IMG/VR virus record: IMGVR_UViG_3300008050_000025
Span: 1-64,000 of that record
Direction: 5' to 3' (one strand)
Source of the DNA: a virus
Length of the DNA stretch: 64,000 bases
The notes beneath the pieces are model-generated. The model did not search any database. It was not told the origin of the DNA and saw only the letters and a program-made list of their open reading frames with translations. The translations under genes were made by a program, and so were the position numbers. This document shows positions 56,502-64,000 of this stretch, one piece after another (the first letter of the stretch is position 1; each line of letters begins with the position of its first letter).

Positions 56502-57383
56502 TTAAAACAGCGTCCAGGTCGGAGGCTCTTCAATCTCGTTGAGAAGGTCTTCAACCAACATTGTCATCTCGGCAGAAGACTGCGCAATCAATGCATCCCC
56601 ATTAAGCTGTGCTCCACCATCTGGAGAGGGTAGAACTTTATACTTACCTCGTTCTTGCCCTAGAACCCCTTTAGCGATGGCCAGAGAATACTTTTGAAGC
56701 CACGACAGGTAGTAGTGATGTAAAGTCTCAGCGTTGAGACATTTATATTCTACTGCAACCTCTTCTATATCACCCTCTCTAGGGGTTGGTGAAATGTACA
56801 GATACTCTCCGTTCAATACTTGGAACGAGCCGTCACGCCCAAGAATCTTTCTAATCTGCTCCAAGTTCATCTGCATGATTAGGAAGTCACTTGCCTGAAA
56901 GTCATCGAACAGGAAGTTCTGGTTGAAGTAGTTTAGGAAGAAGTCGAACTCAAGCGTACCACTTTGCTGAGCAACAGAGAGCAATGTCTTCTTGTATGCA
57001 GCATATCGGAAGTTGTTCAGAACGAACTTGGGAAGCTTGTACATGCTGATATTGGGTTCCGTGATGAAGGTCATCATCTGGGTAGTCCAATCGGGGGCAT
57101 GATAATCCATTTTGGATATCGCCTCATCCACACATGTTCCCATTTGGAAGTCAGTTAGCTCTACCCTTACGATAGGGTATCCTAACCTTGCTTTGATGAA
57201 ATCAAAGATACTTTGGTAGAAATCATTGAAGGCAGCTTCATCGCCAAACCTTCTCCTGTTAAGGCTGTCGTAGTCAATACCACCACTTACCTCAGTCGCA
57301 CTTGCGAACATCTCAGGGTTAGTTCCTTGGGTGGACCCATGTGTGAATCCAAACGAAGTCTTAGGTACTGTCCAGTTTGCCAT
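56502..57383 (-). CDS. neck protein (gp13-like)
   Basis: RLGYPIVRVEL..Q, WLQKYSLA..K..LG..RGKY..P.GG..LNG. Confidence 0.88.
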   Translation of the reverse strand: MANWTVPKTSFGFTHGSTQGTNPEMFASATEVSGGIDYDSLNRRRFGDEAAFNDFYQSIFDFIKARLGYPIVRVELTDFQMGTCVDEAISKMDYHAPDWTTQMMTFITEPNISMYKLPKFVLNNFRYAAYKKTLLSVAQQSGTLEFDFFLNYFNQNFLFDDFQASDFLIMQMNLEQIRKILGRDGSFQVLNGEYLYISPTPREGDIEEVAVEYKCLNAETLHHYYLSWLQKYSLAIAKGVLGQERGKYKVLPSPDGGAQLNGDALIAQSSAEMTMLVEDLLNEIEEPPTWTLF

Positions 57384-57399
57384 CTCATTGTATATAGCG

Positions 57400-57434
57400 A
57401 AAGACCCATGACACAATTAAGCATCATGGGTCTT
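57400..57434 (-). terminator. hairpin/terminator after major capsid gene
   Basis: AAGACCCATGATGC-ttaatt-GTGTCATGGGTCTTT. Confidence 0.7.
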
Positions 57435-57456
57435 GTTATTTAGCTTACGCTAATCC

Positions 57457-58971
57457 TTAGGCGCGTTCAGCTTTACCGAATGGCTGGATTAGGTAGTTAG
57501 AGTTAGCACCGATGATTCGGATAACCCTGTAGAATCGTGATTCAGGAGACACAGCAACCTTACCGTAACGGGTAATCAAACCTTTCCTTGGTTGGAAGGT
57601 TTCAGGGTCTGTGATTGTAGGCAACATTTGTAGTGGTACATATGGTGCGTAGATAAATCCTGAGTCCATTGCGCTAGAGCCTTTGTATCCCATCAGAATT
57701 TCATCTTCTGGATATAGAGGGTCTACGTATACGTCAAACTGTCCCATCCACTTGCCTTTGTAGGTAATGTTGTTACCTAGCTGGCCAGCAGCTTCCTTAG
57801 GAGCACCACCTTCAAGCTTAGCGGCAGACCACAGCATAGCTGCGATGAATGGAGAAGTAACCATGAAGTTACCTGCACCACGCCATGTAGTCTTGTAGAT
57901 GTCCTGAGAGGCGAATTGAATCACAGCAATCAGGTTAGCGTACACTTCGCCCAAGTGTCGAGGAGCAAGTCCAAGCGCACTAGTTGAGAAGTCTACCAGG
58001 AATACGTTCTCGTCAGTACGGGCAGGGTTTGTACCCAACCTAGTAGCAGACGAATCGTTAGCATCCAATTGGTAGCTGTACGAGCCAGGAACATTTCCAA
58101 ATCCGTCAGATGCGAAGTTGTTAGAGTTACCTAGGTCCATTGCTGCACGGTTAAATCCACCGCTATCGTGACGGTCGTAAGCGATGTTACGGACATCCTC
58201 GATAAGTTCACGGTCGATTTCAAGACGTACTTCGTTACCAAGCAAGCCAGTCAGTTCTTTCTCTAGAGAGATGTTGTGATAAGCCTTAAGGTCTTGAGCA
58301 GCTTCGATTGTCCATAGAGCACGGAACTTTCTTGTTCGTGCCAAGACAGCTTGTTGTTCGATGTGGAAGTTGATTTCCGGGATACCAGTACCTGCCAGGA
58401 TTTCACCAGCAGATGTACTCCAAGGAGCATTGTATCCAGCAGCAGTACCCGAAGGCCATGCAGCAATCGAACCACCAACAGTAGCTGAGCCATCAATGAA
58501 GTCGGAGCCAGAAGCTACGCTTGAAAGAGACTTAGCACCTGCACCAGCAGTATCAGTAGAAACATCCAGTGCTCCAACGTTACCGTTTCCTACGGCAACT
58601 TTGTTAGCGTAGGTCAGGTTGTACTTGCTGTATACGGTTTCAACATCACTACCGTATTGACGGTCGTGACCCAAGTAGAATACTTGAGAAACTGGGGCGC
58701 TCATTGGTTGAACACCGCAAATCTTGTTTGCAATCAGTTCAGGGAAAATCCTGCGAATTAGAGGAAATGCGAATTTCTGGAATGTGCCAAGTTGACCAAC
58801 ATTCGTGCTCTCAGAAAGCATTTGACCTGTCTCCTTCACTTGCTCGTTAACAATCATTGCTGCTTGGTTTTCCAAGAGTACAGCAGTTGTTTCACGAATA
58901 GAAGGGTCATCAATATCTTTCAGGATTTTGCCCCATTTCTCTACTAAAAGGTCGTTAGTTGTTTTAGTCAT
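57457..58971 (-). CDS. major capsid protein (gp23-like)
   Basis: LLENQ, PLIRR, GVQPM, RKFRALWTIEAAQDLKAYH, EIDRE, YAPYVPL, TRYG. Confidence 0.96.
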   Translation of the reverse strand: MTKTTNDLLVEKWGKILKDIDDPSIRETTAVLLENQAAMIVNEQVKETGQMLSESTNVGQLGTFQKFAFPLIRRIFPELIANKICGVQPMSAPVSQVFYLGHDRQYGSDVETVYSKYNLTYANKVAVGNGNVGALDVSTDTAGAGAKSLSSVASGSDFIDGSATVGGSIAAWPSGTAAGYNAPWSTSAGEILAGTGIPEINFHIEQQAVLARTRKFRALWTIEAAQDLKAYHNISLEKELTGLLGNEVRLEIDRELIEDVRNIAYDRHDSGGFNRAAMDLGNSNNFASDGFGNVPGSYSYQLDANDSSATRLGTNPARTDENVFLVDFSTSALGLAPRHLGEVYANLIAVIQFASQDIYKTTWRGAGNFMVTSPFIAAMLWSAAKLEGGAPKEAAGQLGNNITYKGKWMGQFDVYVDPLYPEDEILMGYKGSSAMDSGFIYAPYVPLQMLPTITDPETFQPRKGLITRYGKVAVSPESRFYRVIRIIGANSNYLIQPFGKAERA

Positions 58972-58984
58972 GTTAAATTACTTA

Positions 58985-59593
58985 TTAGCCGTTAAGAGAA
59001 TCACTGAGAGCGATTACTTCCTCGGTTAGGTGTGGATTGAAAGTGTCGTCCAAAGCATCTGCTCCATCCAACTCCCCATCCGAATTCTCGTTGATAATGT
59101 GTGCCTTGTCTGACAGTTCCATATCCCCAAAAGATTCCTCTAGCTCCTCATTCTGTTCCTTGAGGCCAGAGATAATTTCGACAGACTCACTCAGTTGAGT
59201 TTCAAGGTCTGCCTTTTCATTGTAAGAATTATCTAGAAGCTCGTTGCTTTTCGCAACTGACTCTTCAAGTTTTGAAATCTTTTCTTCGAAGTCTTCACGA
59301 AGAGATTTGATTTCTTCGTTGTCCGATACCGTTGCAACAATGTTTTTAATCTTGTTGAATGCATCTGCATCCTTAGCTTCGTTGACCTCTTGCGCAAGTT
59401 CTTCCCGCGCAACTTCTTTAAGGTCAGTCAGTTTGGTAGAAAGGAAAGAAGCTACTTTCGATTCTAACAACCTTTGGTTAGCAGTCACTTCGTCGTTAAT
59501 CACTTCCTCTACAATGCTACAAATCTCCTCGATACCTGTCTGTGACAAGCCTTCGGGAAGGAGTTTGACGATTTGTTCAAGTTGCTTTCTCAT
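58985..59593 (-). CDS. prohead core scaffold (gp22-like)
   Basis: Acidic coiled coil between protease and capsid; ATAAATA at 59608-59614. Confidence 0.8.
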   Translation of the reverse strand: MRKQLEQIVKLLPEGLSQTGIEEICSIVEEVINDEVTANQRLLESKVASFLSTKLTDLKEVAREELAQEVNEAKDADAFNKIKNIVATVSDNEEIKSLREDFEEKISKLEESVAKSNELLDNSYNEKADLETQLSESVEIISGLKEQNEELEESFGDMELSDKAHIINENSDGELDGADALDDTFNPHLTEEVIALSDSLNG

Positions 59594-59636
59594 AAGTCTT
59601 TCTACAATATTTATTAATGTCCCACTAAAGGGCTTT

Positions 59637-60245
59637 CTATTTTTTAATTCCTTCTAGAGCTTCACGTAAGAACTGGATGTACAGCATCTCTTCGTGGTAC
59701 TTGCTGTACTTATTCCCGTACTCTACGCTCTCTAAAATACATGCGCCTTCCATCAATGTAGGGTTGGCTCCGACGCACGAAGGGTCGGCTACGATATCCC
59801 AGCACATGATTGTGAGGTTCTCGCCAACTCTAAACTTCCCTTCTTCAATCGGAATCAACGAACCTGTGGCTCTGGAAGACATTCCGATACGAACACCATC
59901 ACGTACTAAGTCTTGAGCGACCTTTCCAGCAGGAGTGTTTAGCAATTCGACATTGCCCATAACCTTGTTACCTTCCATGTATAACTCTGTAATGAGACAT
60001 GCGGCATTCTTAAGGTTGACTGTAGGTGAGGAGGGATGGTCAAGCTCCCCGACGAACTTTCTCTCTTGGATAAGGTTTTGCAGCCTACCAACTTCTCTCT
60101 CTAGGATATCCTTAGAGTACTTTCGGTTGTTCCTATTGAAGACTTCTGCTTCTGCAAGAAGACCTGTCAACACCATGTTGCCCGACTTAGAAGACTCTTC
60201 CAAGACAGACAAACCGCCAAATGAACATACATCGGTTATTAACAT
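59637..60245 (-). CDS. prohead protease (gp21-like)
   Basis: NRNNRKY, GELDHP, TPAG, GMSSRATG, DIVADPS. Confidence 0.93.
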   Translation of the reverse strand: MLITDVCSFGGLSVLEESSKSGNMVLTGLLAEAEVFNRNNRKYSKDILEREVGRLQNLIQERKFVGELDHPSSPTVNLKNAACLITELYMEGNKVMGNVELLNTPAGKVAQDLVRDGVRIGMSSRATGSLIPIEEGKFRVGENLTIMCWDIVADPSCVGANPTLMEGACILESVEYGNKYSKYHEEMLYIQFLREALEGIKK

Positions 60246-60697
60246 TATCCTACTCTTTTAAGGAACTCCTCAATGCGTCCCTTTGAAATGGCCTTTTTCT
60301 TTTTCTTCTTAGGAGCGGCCTTCTTCTTTTTAGGCTCCATACTTTGTGCTGTACCAACTCCGATAGCACCACATGCAGTCATCTCTTGGAGATTCCTTAA
60401 GGTCTTGAGACCTTCTTCAAGCACCTTGATTGCAGCGTCAATGATTGGAGCAGCGTCAGCGGTATCATCGCTGGCCTTGCTTTCATTAAGCACTACTGGG
60501 TCTGGGGTGAAATGCTCATCACCTGTGGCATGAGCAATAAGCTTGTCACGGTCAGCGGAGGAAATCTCAGGAAGAGCGTCCTCTTGTATCGGCGTAAGGT
60601 TAGAAGTGTTATCCCCGACTGGCGGTATTGCTACCGTAGGCGGGGAGTTTTTCATAATCTCCAGAGCAATGTCGCCTAGAGTTTGTTCTCCTTCCAT
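60245..60697 (-). CDS. hypothetical prohead-associated protein
   Basis: LNE/LQE sites, basic tail, coupled to protease. Confidence 0.65.
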   Translation of the reverse strand: MEGEQTLGDIALEIMKNSPPTVAIPPVGDNTSNLTPIQEDALPEISSADRDKLIAHATGDEHFTPDPVVLNESKASDDTADAAPIIDAAIKVLEEGLKTLRNLQEMTACGAIGVGTAQSMEPKKKKAAPKKKKKKAISKGRIEEFLKRVG

Positions 60698-60700
60698 GGA

Positions 60701-61225
60701 TTACTCCTCCGACAAGTATGCGATAAACTCTGCGTCCTCTTCCGAGTCTACGATTTCGTACCCATCTTCACACTCTACAAGGTATGCGTAGGATGTAGCG
60801 TCTTCTTCGTTCTCTACAATGTTGTACGTGGTCTCGTTAACAGTTAGAGTTAAGTCTTCGTCAGACTCTGCATCCACTTCTTCTGCTTCCTCTTGCAGAA
60901 CAGCCATTACCATTGCCTCACCTTCTACCTCAAAAACATCCTCAGTAACAACGTAAGTATCCTCGTCCAACTTGACCTCTACGATAGGGTCAATGCTGTC
61001 TTGGATGCTTTCAAATACGTTATCCTCAAGGTTGCTAATAGGGATATAGATGTCGCCATCATACTCTACAAACTCCTCAGAGAGTTGGAATACATTGTCG
61101 CCAATAGCGCATACGAGAACATTTGCGTCAGAAGTTTCATCGCTGAAATCAATTCCTGCATGTTCCATTAGCATACGGGCAGTATCTTTAGGAACGCCCC
61201 CTTCTTTTCTATTTAGATAATCCAT
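60701..61225 (-). CDS. acidic hypothetical protein
   Basis: Start MDYLNR. Confidence 0.7.
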   Translation of the reverse strand: MDYLNRKEGGVPKDTARMLMEHAGIDFSDETSDANVLVCAIGDNVFQLSEEFVEYDGDIYIPISNLEDNVFESIQDSIDPIVEVKLDEDTYVVTEDVFEVEGEAMVMAVLQEEAEEVDAESDEDLTLTVNETTYNIVENEEDATSYAYLVECEDGYEIVDSEEDAEFIAYLSEE

Positions 61226-61691
61226 TTTCTTTAGATTTGTTTGAATCCCTATCTTCAAGATGAAGGGCTTCCTCTATCATATTTAGTCGCTCATAGTTTT
61301 CTACTGCCCATTTTTTAGGAGCACTATTTCCTGACAATGAACGAATAAGCTTTCCTGCCTTCTTCCTACCACCTCTAAACAATAGGATAGTGATAATTGT
61401 TGCCACGATAGCACCATAAATCAAAGTCTCCCCTAGCTCTCTCAACTCATAAAGAAGCCTCGCAAGGCCTCCTTCTGGCGGTGGAGCAATTTGCGTATGC
61501 TCTTCTAAGGAATCCATATACGCCTCTGTCGAGAACGCGACTACGGCAGTGGAGGCCCCAATAACAACTGGCGTAAGTCCAAGCCCTGCGCCTAGCATAG
61601 CTGTACCGCCAGCAGCGGCTCCAACAATTAGAGCGGCGCAGCTAGTGAACATGAACATTACAAATGCTATAAACGTGTGCCTAAACTTCAC
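61209..61691 (-). CDS. lipoprotein with additional TM helix (possible spanin)
   Basis: GTG start 4 nt after CTAAATA; FTSC lipobox; C-proximal TM followed by basic residues. Confidence 0.6.
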   Translation of the reverse strand: MKFRHTFIAFVMFMFTSCAALIVGAAAGGTAMLGAGLGLTPVVIGASTAVVAFSTEAYMDSLEEHTQIAPPPEGGLARLLYELRELGETLIYGAIVATIITILLFRGGRKKAGKLIRSLSGNSAPKKWAVENYERLNMIEEALHLEDRDSNKSKENGLSK

Positions 61692-61698
61692 ACAGTAT

Positions 61699-63324
61699 TT
61701 AGACCTTTCGAATATATCCGTACACATCAATACCCCAGCGGCCACCTGCCGAGGAGTTTAGACCTGATGCCACAAACGTCATAGACGTAGGACCTTCACC
61801 TGCCTCTTTGATGTAAGGAATGGTTGTACTGGCTACGTCCACATAATTATTAGGTCTGCCGTCATACAAATCGTTCCTGACTCTGCCAATAGTTAAATAC
61901 ATAGATTGCCCATCATTATCAGTGTATCTCAAAGTTGACTCAGAAGTTTGGTCCCCTCCACCGATACGGTATTTGGCCCTGACTAGAAGAGCCACAATGT
62001 CGTCACCCTCAGGAGCTACCGTGGCAGTTGGAATAACTGTATGTGTGCCGTTGCTTTGGTTAGGCATCAAAGTGACATCTGAATTAAACAAAACAAGTTC
62101 TTGTGTTCCGAGGCTCTCAAGTCTATCCTCTAGAGAGACCAACCTCCCTTCGTGGTTTCCTGGGGAGTCTGAGCCAACACCTTTAACAATGTCATCTCTT
62201 AATGTTCTGTAATCAGGGTCTCTTCTTGTCATAACCCTGTTGGTAAATGATGGTCTGAATGCTGCGACCATCCCCTGTCTTTCGTCTAAAGTAAGCTCTG
62301 CTGTCCTAAAGAAAGGCCTAATATCTACGACGTTACTGCTAGGAATAAAGGAGCCTTCTAAATGCCCAAAAGGTGTAAGGACATAGCATAAAGGCAAGCA
62401 GAAAGTTCCTCGTTCAGTTAACTGTCCATCAGCCCAATCTGACAGTGCATCTGCTGTTGGGATATCCGACCACTGTTCTCCAAACAATGGAGTGCGTACA
62501 CAGTCATCAGGCCTGAACGTAAAGTTCTTTAAGTCTTCTACCAAAGGAGTTGTTGTGTACTTGTGACCTTCAAATCCTCCGTTTGCTCCACCCTTCTTCT
62601 CATCAATAACATTGCCAAGATTAATCTCAGTCGTCTTTTGCAGAGAGGTCCTTCCTTCAAGCTCTGCGTCATCGGCAAACCTACTCCCTTCTTTCCTATT
62701 GAGGTTTACAGTTTCAGGACTTTCCATAAACCAACCGCCCTGCATAACTCCTAGCTTAGGCTTTAAGTTGTCCTGGTCTTCTGCTGGGTACGCTTCAATA
62801 AAAACAATATCCATTCGATATGCTGGAGCCGAGTTGCTTCCCTCTACAACATCTGGATAGTCATCAGTTGTGAATGCTGGGATTACTACACTGGGATTTG
62901 CACCATTAGTTTCAAGCAAGCGAACAAGAGCGGTTCTACCCATGCCCCAACCTTTAACCCCATCAATGCCATACGAGCTATCCTCTGGCTGTGCCTTGAC
63001 AATCTTGTCATTCTCGGCCAGCATCCCAGGTGCTCTCCTTTCCTGCAACCCGTCAGCCCTATCAGGAGCACTGTTCACCCGCGCAATAAAGCTTCCAGGG
63101 TTCGCAAAGATATACCCAGGCGCAGACTCATCTACGTAAGGCTTAAGGTCTCCGAAAGTTGAGCGTCCTGTTAACTGTCCAATCTCAGCACGAAGTTGGT
63201 CAACTTGTACTTGCAAGATTTCATCATTCGAAAGCAAATCTTTCAAAGGAAGGTTATCAACCTCGGACGTGTAAGGGTCATTCGGTTGATAGAATCTGAT
63301 GTTTCTCTTAATAGTGTTAGCCAT
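61699..63324 (-). CDS. putative virion structural (baseplate/tail) protein
   Basis: 541 aa in late module; N-terminal VDNLPLKDLLSND motif. Confidence 0.7.
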   Translation of the reverse strand: MANTIKRNIRFYQPNDPYTSEVDNLPLKDLLSNDEILQVQVDQLRAEIGQLTGRSTFGDLKPYVDESAPGYIFANPGSFIARVNSAPDRADGLQERRAPGMLAENDKIVKAQPEDSSYGIDGVKGWGMGRTALVRLLETNGANPSVVIPAFTTDDYPDVVEGSNSAPAYRMDIVFIEAYPAEDQDNLKPKLGVMQGGWFMESPETVNLNRKEGSRFADDAELEGRTSLQKTTEINLGNVIDEKKGGANGGFEGHKYTTTPLVEDLKNFTFRPDDCVRTPLFGEQWSDIPTADALSDWADGQLTERGTFCLPLCYVLTPFGHLEGSFIPSSNVVDIRPFFRTAELTLDERQGMVAAFRPSFTNRVMTRRDPDYRTLRDDIVKGVGSDSPGNHEGRLVSLEDRLESLGTQELVLFNSDVTLMPNQSNGTHTVIPTATVAPEGDDIVALLVRAKYRIGGGDQTSESTLRYTDNDGQSMYLTIGRVRNDLYDGRPNNYVDVASTTIPYIKEAGEGPTSMTFVASGLNSSAGGRWGIDVYGYIRKV

Positions 63325-63998
63325 TATAGTAATTTATTTAGGTCAAACAAGTTGAGAGAACGAACTCCCACGCCGAAGGTATCTGTATCCGTCGCACCAT
63401 CTCGGCCTTCTCCACCAGCACCATTTGTTGAACGGTAGATTGACACACCATTAACCTTCTTGAAGGATAGGTGTTTGGCATTGTTGAACAAGTTAGAGGC
63501 AGAGTCATCAAGGAAGTTTCTCATATACCCTAATGAATCCATATGCAATGGTGACGGTAAAACAGACGGGGTAGACGACACTAGTACACTACCACTGGTA
63601 GCCATGTCCCTAGTGTATATTGACGTTTGCGATGGAGGGAGAAGAGCGGGTGTTCCAATTCCTGGTGAAGGAATACCCCAACCATGAATGTCTTCGTATC
63701 CACTCAAGGATTTACCTGTAATCTCCAAGCCCCCTTCTAGTCCAATAACTCTTCGTGGGTCTGAGCCTGGGACTGCCGAAGCATCCATAGTAATGTTCAT
63801 AAACCCTTGCGAGTTGATTTGGTCAATAGGATAGCCTCCTGTATCTCTACCGATAGTTACAATGCCCAGACCTGCTTGGTCGGCACTAGCTGCATACATG
63901 GTTTTAAGGTCGCCCCTGTGACCAAACATAAGTCTAAACACTCCATAGTTTCGGAAAGCGTTATCGCCGTTGTAGGTTGTAGCTGCTCCATACTTTCC
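63324..63998 (-). CDS. C-terminal part of putative structural protein (truncated by window edge)
   Basis: Frame is open to the end of the window; TAATG-coupled to next gene. Confidence 0.7.
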   Translation of the reverse strand, partial: GKYGAATTYNGDNAFRNYGVFRLMFGHRGDLKTMYAASADQAGLGIVTIGRDTGGYPIDQINSQGFMNITMDASAVPGSDPRRVIGLEGGLEITGKSLSGYEDIHGWGIPSPGIGTPALLPPSQTSIYTRDMATSGSVLVSSTPSVLPSPLHMDSLGYMRNFLDDSASNLFNNAKHLSFKKVNGVSIYRSTNGAGGEGRDGATDTDTFGVGVRSLNLFDLNKLL

Positions 63999-64000
63999 AA

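Noticed and set aside
1-64000. Many plus-strand ORFs antisense to long minus-strand genes (e.g. 39850..40590, 39155..39673, 23752..24189)
   Set aside because: Shadow ORFs fully overlapping well-supported genes, with no motifs or promoters
1-64000. Stop-codon reassignment
   Set aside because: Conserved genes are full length in the standard code and end in TAA, TAG or TGA; no suppressor tRNA seen
1-64000. CRISPR array, DGR or retron
   Set aside because: No regularly spaced repeat-spacer array and no reverse transcriptase seen; the tail-fibre repeats are in-frame coding repeats without adenine-specific variation

Overview
64 kb of a large T4-like (myovirus) phage genome, densely coding, mostly minus strand, standard genetic code. 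From right to left: a virion module (unassigned structural genes, prohead protease gp21, scaffold gp22, major capsid gp23, neck gp13, a free-standing GIY-YIG endonuclease, tail terminator gp15, sheath gp18, tube gp19); a replication/recombination module (Holliday junction resolvase, gp55-like late sigma, a family-A DNA polymerase split into two genes with a degenerate UDG domain, gp47/gp46, GroES, class II RNR with an HNH intein, dUTPase, helicase, UvsY, gp32, RecA/UvsX) that encloses a seven-gene glycosylation cluster; a mixed region (single-ring Clp ATPase, PAS-TM protein, tail fibre, GH-like virion protein, alpha/beta hydrolase, MoxR-vWA system, seven tRNA or tRNA-like genes); and an early accessory region (metallophosphoesterase, sigma-like protein, PD-(D/E)XK nuclease, RtcB, NAMPT, Gp88-like, small ORFs). 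The most unusual observations are a tRNA-Ile(UAU)-like gene whose D-arm appears relocated into the variable region, the GDP-mannose-epimerase/GT10/multi-GT glycosylation pathway, a late-promoter PAS-TM protein, the split UDG-PolA, six sigma70-type promoters all with 16-bp spacers, and tandem gene cassettes with shared flanks. All product calls come from manual motif recognition; no database searches were run.
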